Positions 19,263 through 28,597 are shown, counted from the first letter of the stretch. The stretch is DNA of 64,000 bases from an uncultured Ruminococcus sp. (GCA_964621755.1 CAZUPI010000004.1:10821-74820); one strand, 5' to 3'. Translations and numbers: made by a program. The notes: generated by a model from the sequence alone, not told the origin.

Positions 19263-19291
19263 GGGGGAACCTTTTTGGAAAAGGTTCCCCC
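19263..19291. repeat. palindromic hairpin (family member R3)
   Basis: GGGGGAACCTTTT-TGG-AAAAGGTTCCCCC, a perfect 13-bp stem, 15 nt after the stop at 19248. Confidence 0.75.
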
Positions 19292-19318
19292 AACCCTTTT
19301 CAGACAGGAGGATGGGCG

Positions 19319-19828
19319 ATGATTTTAGAAAAGCTGCTTATGCCCGATGAGATGTACGATACGTTTATGCTGGTGACGCCGGAGCATCTTCTGGCCCTCG
19401 GAAAGCGGTTTATCCTTTGCGATATCGACAACACGCTAGCGACCTATGACGACCCGGCGCCGCCGGATACTGTGGTGCAGTGGTGCGAGAATATGAACCG
19501 GAAGGGGATAACGGTGGCGTTCGTATCGAATAATAACGAGGCTCGGGTGGCGTTGTTCAATCGGAACTTTGGCTATGTGGCGTATGCGAAGGCGCACAAG
19601 CCTTGTACCGGAAAGCTGAAGCGAGCCATGCGTGAGCTCGGCGCGGACAAAGAGACTGCGGTCCTTCTCGGGGACCAGCTGCTGACCGACGCTGCCGCGG
19701 CAAATTCCGCTGGGCTGTACTGTATCATCGTTCCGCCGATAAAGGATAAGACGAGCTTGTTTTTCCGCTTCAAGCGGTGGATTGAAAAGCCATATGTGAA
19801 AAAATTCAAGCAGAAAAAACAAAGGTGA
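19319..19828 (+). CDS. YqeG-family HAD-IIIA phosphatase
   Basis: AGGAGG RBS at 8-nt spacing. HAD motif I CDIDNTL, FVSNN and GDQLLTD motifs, and the 169-aa size match YqeG-type phosphatases. Confidence 0.8.
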   Translation: MILEKLLMPDEMYDTFMLVTPEHLLALGKRFILCDIDNTLATYDDPAPPDTVVQWCENMNRKGITVAFVSNNNEARVALFNRNFGYVAYAKAHKPCTGKLKRAMRELGADKETAVLLGDQLLTDAAAANSAGLYCIIVPPIKDKTSLFFRFKRWIEKPYVKKFKQKKQR

Positions 19829-19858
19829 GGTATTTTGCGGCAATACCTCACCTTTTTT
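19824..19858 (+). terminator. rho-independent terminator overlapping the yqeG-like stop
   Basis: GGTGAGGTATT-TTGCGGC-AATACCTCACC followed by TTTTTT. Confidence 0.8.
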
Positions 19859-19897
19859 ATAAAAAAGTTTTGAAGGGGGTAACGCATCCCCATTCCC

Positions 19898-20974
19898 TCA
19901 TATCTCAATCAATTCCTTCGGGCAGTTTGTCAAGTTTCTCTTGCCGCCTGGGGTGATGAGCACCATGTCTTCGATGCGGCAGCCGTATTTGCCTTCGATG
20001 TAGATACCGGGCTCGACTGTGACGATTTGACCAACCTTCAGCGTGGTATCTCCCATGCCGCCGGACAGACCGGGCTGCTCGTGAATCTCAAGACCGACTC
20101 CGTGACCGAGAGAGTGACCGAAGCATCCCTGATATCCCGCGCCGTCGATGATGTCGCGCGCGACTTTATCCATATCGGCGTTTTTTACACCCTCTGTGAT
20201 GGCGTCGATTGCCGCCAGCTGTGCGGACAGAACGGTGTTGTACAGCTTCTTCATGTCGGCGTCAGCTTTGCCGATGACGATGGTTCTCGTCATATCGGAG
20301 TGATATCCGTTTATCATAGCGCCGTAGTCCATGGTGAGGAAGCCCCTTTCCAGCTTCACCGGACGCGGAACGCCGTGGGGTCTCGAGGAAGCGGAGCCGG
20401 ATACGCAAATCGTGTCAAACGACGGCTTTTCACTGCCGTTCTTCTTCATGTAATATTCCAGCTCGGCTGCAACCTCTGTTTCGGTCATATCGTAGGCGAC
20501 CGTTTTGACGATGTGCTCGAACGCTCCTTCTGCGATGCGCTGTGCGGCCACGATATTCTCTACCTCGTCGTCGGTCTTATAGGAGCGGATATCGGTGAAA
20601 ATACCGCCGATCGGGCAGAATTCCACGCCCATACCGTCCAGCGACTTCTGGATTCGGTTCAGCTCGGCGCAGGTCATGCGGCGGTCTTCGTAGCCAATTG
20701 TTTTTACGCCGCAGTCGCGCACGATTTCGTTCAGCGTCGGCTTGCCGGGCAGGCATACTTCAAAGGATTTGGAGGATTCTGCTTTTGCTGCCTCGATATA
20801 GCGGAAATCGGCGAAAACATACGCCTTTTCCCCCGTGATGACAAGATAGCCGTCCGGATTGTCAAATGCAGACATATAGAGGTGGTTTTCAGCGGAGTTT
20901 ACGTATATCGCGTCAAGACCCATCTCGGACATCTTTTCGCGCAGCGCGGCGAGTCGGGCATCCATTACATTCAT
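19898..20974 (-). CDS. M24 family Xaa-Pro aminopeptidase/dipeptidase
   Basis: 358 aa. It has a creatinase-like N-domain and the pita-bread metal ligand blocks DYGAMINGYHSDMTRT, GHSLGHGVGLEIHE and VTVEPGIY..G.YGCRIED. Confidence 0.85.
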   Translation of the reverse strand: MNVMDARLAALREKMSEMGLDAIYVNSAENHLYMSAFDNPDGYLVITGEKAYVFADFRYIEAAKAESSKSFEVCLPGKPTLNEIVRDCGVKTIGYEDRRMTCAELNRIQKSLDGMGVEFCPIGGIFTDIRSYKTDDEVENIVAAQRIAEGAFEHIVKTVAYDMTETEVAAELEYYMKKNGSEKPSFDTICVSGSASSRPHGVPRPVKLERGFLTMDYGAMINGYHSDMTRTIVIGKADADMKKLYNTVLSAQLAAIDAITEGVKNADMDKVARDIIDGAGYQGCFGHSLGHGVGLEIHEQPGLSGGMGDTTLKVGQIVTVEPGIYIEGKYGCRIEDMVLITPGGKRNLTNCPKELIEI

Positions 20975-21010
20975 AACAGTACTTCCTTATGTATAAAAAT
21001 AATTTCCGGT

Positions 21011-21042
21011 AAATTGAAAGACGGCGAACCTTTCAGTTCGCC
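21011..21042 (-). terminator. putative terminator after tRNA-Val
   Basis: Minus strand reads GGCGAAC-TGAAAG-GTTCGCC followed by GTCTTTCAATTT. The U-tract is modest. Confidence 0.45.
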
Positions 21043-21046
21043 TTCA

Positions 21047-21120
21047 TGGAAACATTGGGGCTCGAACCCAAGACCTCTCGGATGTGAACCGAACGCTCTG
21101 ACCAGCTGAGCTATGCTTCC
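21047..21120 (-). tRNA. tRNA-Val (anticodon CAC)
   Basis: Hand-folded as GGAAGCA TA GCTC AGCTGGTC AGAGC G TTCGG TTCACAT CCGAG AGGTC TTGGG TTCGAGC CCCAA TGTTTCC A. The cloverleaf is intact, the T-loop is GTTCGAG, and no CCA is encoded. Confidence 0.9.
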
Positions 21121-21130
21121 GTCTCCGTAT

Positions 21131-21159
21131 ATTATACCACGAATTTGTCTGTTTGTCTA
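21131..21159 (-). promoter_or_regulatory. sigma-A type promoter for tRNA-Val (TAGACA-17-TGG-TATAAT)
   Basis: Minus strand reads TAGACA (21159-21154), a 17-nt spacer ending in TGG, then TATAAT (21136-21131). The predicted start is only a few nt before the mature tRNA 5' end. Confidence 0.55.
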
Positions 21160-21252
21160 TATCAAATTGAGGAAATTCAAGAAATTTTTTTGCCGATACC
21201 GGATAAATTGTAAAAAGTCAATTAAGATTCGGATAATTCTCCGAAGAACCTC

Positions 21253-21280
21253 TTGTTTTCAGCGGATATCGTTGTATAAT
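21253..21280 (+). promoter_or_regulatory. candidate promoter for the sortase gene (TTGTTT-16-TATAAT)
   Basis: TTGTTT at 21253-21258, a 16-nt spacer, and TATAAT at 21275-21280. The -35 is weaker. Confidence 0.4.
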
Positions 21281-21407
21281 AATATTAAAACGCGAGTTTG
21301 ACACGGCTGAGCGATTAGGGTCCGGACTGACAGAGGAAACTTATGCGGTCCCCTAATCGCTTGCTGTATTGTTTCTCATACATTTCTCCCCTCGGATGGA
21401 GGCATTC

Positions 21408-22493
21408 ATGAATTTTTTGAAAAAAATAAAATTGACGCTTGGCAAGAGAACGGGCGGCGAGGATGATATGGATGGCGAGCTGTTCTTTGATAGCGACCTA
21501 TCTGACGTTCAGAACGGCACATTCCTGAACTCCCTTGACGAGCTGTCAGAAGGAGATATTGAGCTCAATGAAACTGCGGCGCGCACCGCAAAGCTTTCCG
21601 TGCTTGAGATTGTCCGACGCGTGATGTCTTGTTTCTTTCTCGTTGCGTTTATCGTAGGCTGCATCATGCTGGTGCAGAACCTTGCGGCAAGGCGGAAGGG
21701 AGCGGAAATTTACGCACAGCTCGAGCAGGAGTTTTTCTCCACCGGATTCAGCCTCGATTTATCGAACGCCTTCCGTCCCGACGAGGGAGAGGTGAAGTAT
21801 CTCGCCGAGGATAAGGAATCCCCGACCCTTGCGGATATGACCTCCACCCTGAACGACATTGAGTCCTCTTCCGAAACGGATTTCATCCTCCCCGAACAGA
21901 AGGAGTACAACGAGGATCTTGAAAAAATGCGCGCCGGACTCGCGTCTCTGGCGCAGATCAACCCCGATGTGTACGGCTGGATCAGCATAGAAGGAACCGA
22001 AATCAACTATCCGCTCGTGCAGGGAACCGACAACGACTACTACCTCGACCACGCATATACAGGAGATTATCTTCCGGTAGGCTCCATTTTTGTGGATTAC
22101 CGCTGCAACGAGTCCATCACCAAAAACTACAACACTGTCATCTACGGACACAATATCACCTCCGGCTCCATGTTCCACGACGTCTCCAAGTTCTTCCGCG
22201 ACAGCTATTTTGAGAATACCTACATATACATATATACTATGGATGGCATATATGTATATGAGCCGTTCGCCATCTACGAGACCCGATACGACTACAACTA
22301 CTTCAAAACCAGCTTTACCTCAGCGGACGACTTTATCCAGTTCGCAGAGGAGGTGCGCGACAACTCGTCTAAACAAAAGGATGTCTCCTTCACGGGGAAT
22401 GACCGCATTATCACCTTGTCCACTTGTACCAACGGCGCGTATTATGCGCGCTATGCCCTCCACGCAAAATTGATTAAGACGATTGTAGATTGA
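21408..22493 (+). CDS. srtB: class B sortase with N-terminal cytoplasmic extension and TM anchor
   Basis: GGAGG RBS lies 5 nt before ATG 21408. TM segment VMSCFFLVAFIVGCIMLV. Sortase blocks INPDVYGWISIEGTEINYPLVQGTDNDYYL, IYGHN and the catalytic TLSTCT. Confidence 0.8.
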   Translation: MNFLKKIKLTLGKRTGGEDDMDGELFFDSDLSDVQNGTFLNSLDELSEGDIELNETAARTAKLSVLEIVRRVMSCFFLVAFIVGCIMLVQNLAARRKGAEIYAQLEQEFFSTGFSLDLSNAFRPDEGEVKYLAEDKESPTLADMTSTLNDIESSSETDFILPEQKEYNEDLEKMRAGLASLAQINPDVYGWISIEGTEINYPLVQGTDNDYYLDHAYTGDYLPVGSIFVDYRCNESITKNYNTVIYGHNITSGSMFHDVSKFFRDSYFENTYIYIYTMDGIYVYEPFAIYETRYDYNYFKTSFTSADDFIQFAEEVRDNSSKQKDVSFTGNDRIITLSTCTNGAYYARYALHAKLIKTIVD

Positions 22494-22514
22494 TTTATCA
22501 CAAGGACAAACAAC

Positions 22515-23414
22515 ATGACCGATATTTTAAAAATACTTACCTGTCCGGTATGCGCCGCCGACCTGTCACGGGTCGGCGGAAGTCTCAGATGCAATGCCGG
22601 ACATTCCTTTGACATTGCGAGAGCCGGATATGTGAATCTGCTCCCTCCCGGGAAAGAAAAAAACGCGCACACAGGTGACGAGCGCGAGATGGTCCGGGCG
22701 AGAGAGGAGTTTCTCTCACACGGGCACTATGGAAAAATCACGGATACCGCAGCAGAGCTGATAGCCGCGCACGTACGCGCGCCTCATGGCGCCGTCTTCT
22801 GCGATATGGGATGCGGCGAAGGCTATCACACCTGCCGGCTGACGGGACGGCTCGCCGATATCACGGGAGAGCCGGTCCTGTCGCTAGGGTTTGACGCTTC
22901 GAAATACGCGGCGGAACGGGCGGCAAAGCTGGCAGTCCGCACAGGTCTGATGCCGAGGGAGGGCGTAGGCGCTCCCTTCGTCGGGGACGCGGCAGCGTAT
23001 TTTATGCCGGCGAACATTTTTCACCTTCCGGTTGCCGGAGATTCTATCGACGCGGCGGTCAGTATGTTTGCCCCCATTGCGGGAGCTGAAGCCGCGCGTA
23101 TCCTCACAAAGGACGGCATTCTTGTCGTGGTATCGTCCGGAGCGGAGCATCTCATAGAAATGCGGCGGCTGATATACGACGAGGTGCGCATATCAGAGGA
23201 GTTTCCCGTGCCGCCGGACGGATTTTCAGACGTTGGCAGGCATCATCTCAAGTACAGCATCACATTGGACAGTACGGCGTCGCTGCTGTCCCTGTTCGCC
23301 ATGACGCCGTTTTATTACAAGACCACAGAGGCGGGGCGAAACCGGCTTCTCGCACATGAGATGCCGTTCTCCCTGACCGTTGACGTGAACTATTCGATTT
23401 TTAAGGTCGTGTAA
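22515..23414 (+). CDS. rlmA: 23S rRNA (guanine745-N1)-methyltransferase RlmA-like
   Basis: N-terminal zinc ribbon LTCPVCAADLSRVGGSLRCNAGHSFDIARAGYVNLLP is followed by the SAM motif DMGCGEGYH. Confidence 0.8.
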   Translation: MTDILKILTCPVCAADLSRVGGSLRCNAGHSFDIARAGYVNLLPPGKEKNAHTGDEREMVRAREEFLSHGHYGKITDTAAELIAAHVRAPHGAVFCDMGCGEGYHTCRLTGRLADITGEPVLSLGFDASKYAAERAAKLAVRTGLMPREGVGAPFVGDAAAYFMPANIFHLPVAGDSIDAAVSMFAPIAGAEAARILTKDGILVVVSSGAEHLIEMRRLIYDEVRISEEFPVPPDGFSDVGRHHLKYSITLDSTASLLSLFAMTPFYYKTTEAGRNRLLAHEMPFSLTVDVNYSIFKVV

Positions 23415-23417
23415 GCC

Positions 23418-24134
23418 ATGTATCTATCGGTAATCATTCCCATGTATAACGAGCGCTCTGTTGCGGAATCCTGCGTCCGCGCCCTGTCGGCGGAGCTGGA
23501 AGAATCCGGCGAGCGGTACGAAATCCTCTTTTCAGATGACGGCTCTACAGATGGCTGCGGCGATATCGTGAAAAATACGGCGCATGAGCTTGACCTGTCG
23601 CACGGGGAAGTGCGTGTTGTGCGGTCAGAGGAAAACCGCGGCAAAGGACATGCGGTCAAGCTGGGCGTTGCTTCGTCGAGAGGGGACGTCGTGGTATTCA
23701 CCGACTGCGACCTGGCGTACGGTACGCATGCGATTCGCGGGATGGCGGAGCAGATGCAGGCAGACCCCGCAGATTTGCTCATCGGCTCCCGTGCAATCGC
23801 AAAGGACGGCTACGCCGGCTACACCTTCGCCAGAAAGCTTGCGTCAAAAGCTTATCTGAAATTCCTCGCGCTATCGGCAGGCTTTCGCTGCACCGACTCC
23901 CAGTGCGGAATCAAGATGTTTCGCGGCGACGCGGCACGCCTGCTCTTCTCCCAGACCGAGACAGACGGCTGGTCTTTCGACTTTGAGGTCCTCCTTCGCG
24001 CTGAAAAACAGGGCTTTCGCATCAAAGAGTACCCCGTCGCCGTCCTTAACCACCGGGACTCCAAAATCCACCTCTTCCGCGACAGCCTCCGTATGCTGCG
24101 TGACATAAGACGGATAAAGGGCAGGGTGAAGTGA
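23418..24134 (+). CDS. family 2 glycosyltransferase (dolichyl-phosphate hexosyltransferase-like)
   Basis: LSVIIPMYNE start, a DDGSTDG motif, GKGHAV and a TDCDL (DxD-like) motif. 238 aa with no TM segment. Confidence 0.8.
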   Translation: MYLSVIIPMYNERSVAESCVRALSAELEESGERYEILFSDDGSTDGCGDIVKNTAHELDLSHGEVRVVRSEENRGKGHAVKLGVASSRGDVVVFTDCDLAYGTHAIRGMAEQMQADPADLLIGSRAIAKDGYAGYTFARKLASKAYLKFLALSAGFRCTDSQCGIKMFRGDAARLLFSQTETDGWSFDFEVLLRAEKQGFRIKEYPVAVLNHRDSKIHLFRDSLRMLRDIRRIKGRVK

Positions 24135-24180
24135 TGGGGCGTTCTCGTGGGAAACTTTTTTGAAGGGGGCAACCCTTGCG

Positions 24181-25023
24181 TTAAGCGTAAAAATTATGTT
24201 CGCCTATTGTCATGATGAACTGACGGTTTTGGGGTATCCACAGGCTTACAGCGATAGCTTCGTTGAGAAAGTAGAGAATGTCGGTGCTGAGAACCGCATC
24301 TTCTAAGCAGAGCTTGGCGGCGAGGATGGACTCTTCGTTCGGCTCCTGCTGAATCGCGCCGTTGACTGTGGGGGTGAACTGAACCCCGTTATCGTTGTCG
24401 AATATGACATCGTAGATGGTGTCGGGGAATTCATCGGAGCTTACGCGGTTTAGGATGACGTTCCCGACTGCCAGTTTGCCGAGGAGCGGTTCCCCTTGCG
24501 CTTCCGCGTGAATGATTCTTGCTAACCAGTAGACTTCGTCCTCATCGTAGTACTCCTCGCCGGGGACAGCCGCGCTCCGCAACCGTGTCAGGTATGTTGT
24601 GTTGTCCTCGTATTCATATGTGACGTCAAAACCGAACGCTTTTGCCGCTTTTTGCAGCGGGACGAACATGATGTCATTTTCGGTGAATACGCCGTACTGA
24701 CACCATATCATACGCCCGTTCGCTTCGATGTAGAAGGCGTCCTCCAGCGCGCTAAGCTCTAGGGAATCTGTCCGAACGTGGGCGGTATTCTCCGCTTCGT
24801 CCCACCATACCACCGAGTTGTCTGCCATGCACGCAAATTCCCGCAGCGATACGTATGCGGTATCCTTCACGGAAAGAACCGTGCCGTCATATGGGAATCC
24901 ATCTACTACAATGTAGAAGTCCGCGGGCTCGGTCTCGTAGATACATTCGGCGGAAACCGGCGCGGCAAGTGTGAGTGCTACAGCAAGTGCTGCGATAAGT
25001 AAAAGCTTTTCTGTAAATTTCAT
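24181..25023 (-). CDS. SleB-like cell-wall hydrolase with N-terminal copper-amine-oxidase-like (stalk) domain
   Basis: Signal peptide MKFTEKLLLIAALAVALTLAAPVSA. The Hydrolase_2 block reads LARIIHAEAQGEPLLGKLAVGNVILNRVSSDEFPDTIYDVIF..GVQFTP. Confidence 0.8.
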   Translation of the reverse strand: MKFTEKLLLIAALAVALTLAAPVSAECIYETEPADFYIVVDGFPYDGTVLSVKDTAYVSLREFACMADNSVVWWDEAENTAHVRTDSLELSALEDAFYIEANGRMIWCQYGVFTENDIMFVPLQKAAKAFGFDVTYEYEDNTTYLTRLRSAAVPGEEYYDEDEVYWLARIIHAEAQGEPLLGKLAVGNVILNRVSSDEFPDTIYDVIFDNDNGVQFTPTVNGAIQQEPNEESILAAKLCLEDAVLSTDILYFLNEAIAVSLWIPQNRQFIMTIGEHNFYA

Positions 25024-25331
25024 AAATCCTCCGGGTTAAAAAAATCTATAAATTGATGAACCAGACTCTTATTGACAATACAGCAGGCCGCTCCTTCGAC
25101 CATCAGTCGGTTCGATTATATCATATTATCACCAAAATATTAACAGGAAAATAATTCCATGCTAATTTTGGAAAAAATTTCCTTATTTCCTGTAAGGGAC
25201 AATTTTGGATTGAAAAAACGGGAGGATATTATTTTTTACATTATTATATGGATTTTTTGCGCACAATGTAATATAATATTACAGGAAACCCGCGAAACCG
25301 ATATATTTTCCTTGTATGGAGAAAACTACTA

Positions 25332-26840
25332 ATGAAATTCAAGCATATTCCGCCGTTTGCCGCGCTCGTTTTTGCGACGATACTTACGTTTCAGGCGACA
25401 TCGTGCGGTTTTATTATAGTCAATGACATGGCAGCACAGAGTGCCAGTGAGACCGACGCCGCTTCCGAAACCGAGGGAGACGCTGCCGAACCGTTCACCG
25501 GGACGGCATACACGAAGTACGCGGGGGAAGATATGTATACGCAGTCGCGCCGATACTTGGCGGAGCTGCCGGAGCGTGACTATGATGGGGCGGTATTTTT
25601 CATTACCACCCCATCGAAGGACTATATTTCCCCCGACAACACGGATACGACGGTGAATAAACTTGTGGTCGAACGGAACGCCGATGTAGAGGAGCAGTTT
25701 GACGTGACCATTATCACCTCTGTTGTGGAGGCGTCGACTATGCTGTCCGAGCTGACGCAGTGCATCGCGGCGGGCTCGTACTACAGCGATCTTTTGATGA
25801 TACCGGTGTACATGGTTGGGCAGTTCCGCAGCGCCGAGACCCTGATCAACATGCGCACTCTGCCGTTTTTCGATATCGAGCAGCCGTATTTCAATGCTGA
25901 ATCGTCCGACATGACCTCGGGCGGCTACTCGACGTATGGTGTGGCAGGGGACGCGTCGATTGCGCCGTCGTCGTTTTCCGCGGTGTTCATGAACAAGACG
26001 ATACTGGAAGAAGCCGGTGTGGACACGCCGACGATTTATAAGTCGGTGATAGAGGGAACGTGGACATGGGACGACCTACTCGGCTGCGCGGAGGCGGTCA
26101 AGACGATAAACGGCAGCCGTGGGGCAGCGGGGCTGAACGAATACTACACCATCACCGCGCAGAACACGGCTGACAGGCTGCCGGACCTTGTATTCAAATC
26201 GGGCGGCAACAACTACATCCTGGCGGGAAAGCGCACCGTCCCGGCTATCGGGTACTCGGTGAAGTCGTCGCAGGCGACGATGAACGTCCTTGCCTCGATT
26301 TACAACGACAGTCACGCCATAACGGACTCGTCAGCGGGCGCGATAAACTGCTTCTCGGCAGGAGAGTCCGCATTCTTGGTGGATTACCTGTACGTTATGT
26401 CGTGGATGATCAACGCGTCAGCGGACTGGGGCGTTCTTCCGCTGCCGAAGGGTGACGAAAACGACGAGTATCGCACGTTGATATCAAACACAGAGCTGAT
26501 TTTTGCGGTGCCGAAAAATCATACGAACGGTGAGTTCCCGGCAATTATCCTATCTGCGCTGAACGCAGCGTCATACGGCTACATCTATGATGAATACGTC
26601 GACTACCACATGATTCACGTACTTCGCGACAACGATTCCGTCAACATGCTGGACTTGATTCTCGATACAGCATCGTTCGACTTCGCCCTCGCCTTTGGAA
26701 ATGCGTACCCAACCATAGCCGCAGCTACCTACCGCCTCATCCGCGACTGCGCCGCTACAAATAACCTCGCTGATTATTTCACCGACCGGAAGACAACGGC
26801 AACTGAGACGCTGAAAGAATATTTCCCGCTGAAGCCTTAA
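25332..26840 (+). CDS. extracellular solute-binding-protein-like lipoprotein (about 500 aa), orphan
   Basis: Lipobox LTFQATSCG. Overall architecture and blocks (DYDG.., ..ERN..V...F.V.I) are shared with the 35011..36483 paralogue. No permease or ATPase gene is adjacent. Confidence 0.65.
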   Translation: MKFKHIPPFAALVFATILTFQATSCGFIIVNDMAAQSASETDAASETEGDAAEPFTGTAYTKYAGEDMYTQSRRYLAELPERDYDGAVFFITTPSKDYISPDNTDTTVNKLVVERNADVEEQFDVTIITSVVEASTMLSELTQCIAAGSYYSDLLMIPVYMVGQFRSAETLINMRTLPFFDIEQPYFNAESSDMTSGGYSTYGVAGDASIAPSSFSAVFMNKTILEEAGVDTPTIYKSVIEGTWTWDDLLGCAEAVKTINGSRGAAGLNEYYTITAQNTADRLPDLVFKSGGNNYILAGKRTVPAIGYSVKSSQATMNVLASIYNDSHAITDSSAGAINCFSAGESAFLVDYLYVMSWMINASADWGVLPLPKGDENDEYRTLISNTELIFAVPKNHTNGEFPAIILSALNAASYGYIYDEYVDYHMIHVLRDNDSVNMLDLILDTASFDFALAFGNAYPTIAAATYRLIRDCAATNNLADYFTDRKTTATETLKEYFPLKP

Positions 26841-26850
26841 AGAAAAGGAA

Positions 26851-26892
26851 GGCGTTAGGGGAACACTTTTTCAAAAGTGTCCCCCTAACGCC
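26851..26892. repeat. palindromic hairpin (family member R4)
   Basis: GGCGTTAGGGGAACACTTTT-TC-AAAAGTGTCCCCCTAACGCC, a 20-bp stem with one mismatch, 11 nt after the stop at 26840. Confidence 0.8.
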
Positions 26893-26915
26893 TCCACATT
26901 TCGCAGAAAAACATC

Positions 26916-26944
26916 TTGTTAAATCTATTGTTTCGTGATATAAT
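26916..26944 (+). promoter_or_regulatory. sigma-A type promoter for the cytochrome-c cluster (TTGTTA-17-TGA-TATAAT)
   Basis: TTGTTA at 26916-26921, a 17-nt spacer ending in TGA (extended -10), and TATAAT at 26939-26944. It lies about 58 nt upstream of ATG 27002. Confidence 0.55.
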
Positions 26945-27001
26945 GAAAATAAGAATGTATTGTAAAAAGACCAATGGCTAAATTGGAAAAGGTGGAAGCG
27001 C

Positions 27002-27691
27002 ATGAAAAAACGAAAAATTCAGCTCTATGATGCGGTGTGCGCGGCTCTTCTTCTGATAACGTTGTTTTTCCTTGTACTCACCGTGAAGTTTTCCACAGGA
27101 AGTTCGGTCAACTTTAACGGTGCGGTCACGACGGCTGTGCTGGCATTTGGCGGCGTTCTCGCGTTCGGTTCGCTGTTTGCGCGGCGGCTGTCCGGCGGTG
27201 CGGTGAAGAAGACCGGATTTTATCTTGCTCATGCGGGGGTTGTTTTGATTCTTGTGGGATTTGCACTGTTCCAGCTATTCGGAGATACAGTGACTGCGGC
27301 AGTTCCGGTGGGCGGCGACACTTTTTATTCGCAAATCCAGCGGGAATCGGGGGAGATGTGCGACCTTGGCTTCAACTTCCGTGTGGACGATTTTGAAATC
27401 GAGACTTATGAGGATGGTTCGGACAAGCAGTATTATGCGGGTCTGGCCTTTGCGGATGAAGTTACGCTGCGGGTAGACACGTCTGAGTTGTCGGTGAATC
27501 ACACGGTACGCCGCGGCGGGTGGAAAATCTACCTTATGAATTATAGCAGCGGGTACGTAAGTCTGATGTTCCGCCGCGACCCGGGCGAGTATGTTGTGAA
27601 GGCGGGGATTGCAGCGCTGATTGCGGGATGCGTTCTCTCCCTCATCGCCGGAAACGGGGTGCGCAAGAAGGAGGAGAACGCCGATGCGTGA
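27002..27691 (+). CDS. miniature ResB/CcsB-like cytochrome c biogenesis protein
   Basis: 229 aa. TM helices flank a short extracytoplasmic loop. Blocks resembling the ResB family: GFYLAHAGVVLILVGFAL (conserved His in a TM), FNFRVDDFEIETYEDGSDKQYYAGLAF, LSVNHTVRRGGWKIYLMNYS and MFRRDPGEYVVKAGIAALIAG. The stop overlaps the next start (ATGCGTGA). Confidence 0.65.
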   Translation: MKKRKIQLYDAVCAALLLITLFFLVLTVKFSTGSSVNFNGAVTTAVLAFGGVLAFGSLFARRLSGGAVKKTGFYLAHAGVVLILVGFALFQLFGDTVTAAVPVGGDTFYSQIQRESGEMCDLGFNFRVDDFEIETYEDGSDKQYYAGLAFADEVTLRVDTSELSVNHTVRRGGWKIYLMNYSSGYVSLMFRRDPGEYVVKAGIAALIAGCVLSLIAGNGVRKKEENADA

Positions 27692-28457
27692 CGTTATTTT
27701 GCGCGGAATTATTCTTTTGGCCACTCTTTTGTACGGCGGGGCGCTTGTGCTGTATCTGCGGCGGAAGGCCAAAGTCGGCGGTATCGTCTGGATTTTGGCG
27801 GAGGCTTTGTCGGTCGTCCTTGTGGTGAACAATTTTGTGGTCAACGGATACGTGCCGTTTGTGAGCATGTATCAGCTTTTGACCTTTGCGGCGGCGCTTT
27901 TTGGTGTGGTGTATTGTTATATTGCGCGTCTGCGGAATGGAAAATGGGCGGCGCCCTACTTTATCGGGTGTTCGCTCGTGGCGTCGCTTGGGCTGTGCTT
28001 TATGGACATTCACGCGGTATGGCATTTTCCGCCGGCGCTTCGGTCGGTATGGTTCGTTCCCCACATTCTGGCGTACGTGATATCTTACATCATGGCGGCA
28101 GCGGCGTTTGCCATGACGGTCACGAAATTTTTCGCAAAAGGCGAACGAAGAAAACAGCTCGACGGCGGAATTTACGACTGCGTATGCGTACTGTTCCCGT
28201 TCATGTCGATGGGGATGCTGTTCGGCGCGGTATGGGCGAACGAGGTCTGGGGTGCATTCTGGAGCTGGGACATCAAGGAATGCTGGTCCCTTGTGACATG
28301 GCTGACCTTTATGACATGGCTCCACGTCCGCCGCAGTCCCAGATTCTCGAGATTCAAGGACGTCCTCCTCGTCGCCGGATTTGCATTCGTGATTGTGACA
28401 TTCTTTTTTGTGAATCTCATGAATGCGGCGGGGGGATCTATGCATGCGTATAACTGA
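27684..28457 (+). CDS. ccsA: CcsA/ResC-like cytochrome c assembly (haem-handling) protein
   Basis: AGGAGGAG RBS lies 8 nt before ATG 27684. It is polytopic. The WWD haem-handling motif reads WGAFWSWDIKECWSLVTWL, with flanking conserved His in VPHILAYV and WLHVRR. Confidence 0.8.
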   Translation: MRDVILRGIILLATLLYGGALVLYLRRKAKVGGIVWILAEALSVVLVVNNFVVNGYVPFVSMYQLLTFAAALFGVVYCYIARLRNGKWAAPYFIGCSLVASLGLCFMDIHAVWHFPPALRSVWFVPHILAYVISYIMAAAAFAMTVTKFFAKGERRKQLDGGIYDCVCVLFPFMSMGMLFGAVWANEVWGAFWSWDIKECWSLVTWLTFMTWLHVRRSPRFSRFKDVLLVAGFAFVIVTFFFVNLMNAAGGSMHAYN

Positions 28458-28597
28458 GATTTTGGGGAGTGGATGGCGCTGACATTTGGTTTGGGCTCAC
28501 TCTTCAGCCATATGAAATTATGTTCCACCCCATATAAAAGTTTTTAGAGGGGTATAACTTAACGTCTTCCCCAAAATACAACCATCAGGAGAACATT

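Noticed and set aside
20027-21109. 360-aa plus-strand ORF
   Set aside because: It is antisense to the M24 peptidase and runs straight through tRNA-Val, so it is not credible as coding.
27642-28445. 267-aa minus-strand ORF and overlapping plus-frame ORFs 27886..28080 and 27914..28453
   Set aside because: They overlap ccsA, whose WWD motif and TM pattern identify the true frame. The alternatives are Arg/His-rich shadow frames.
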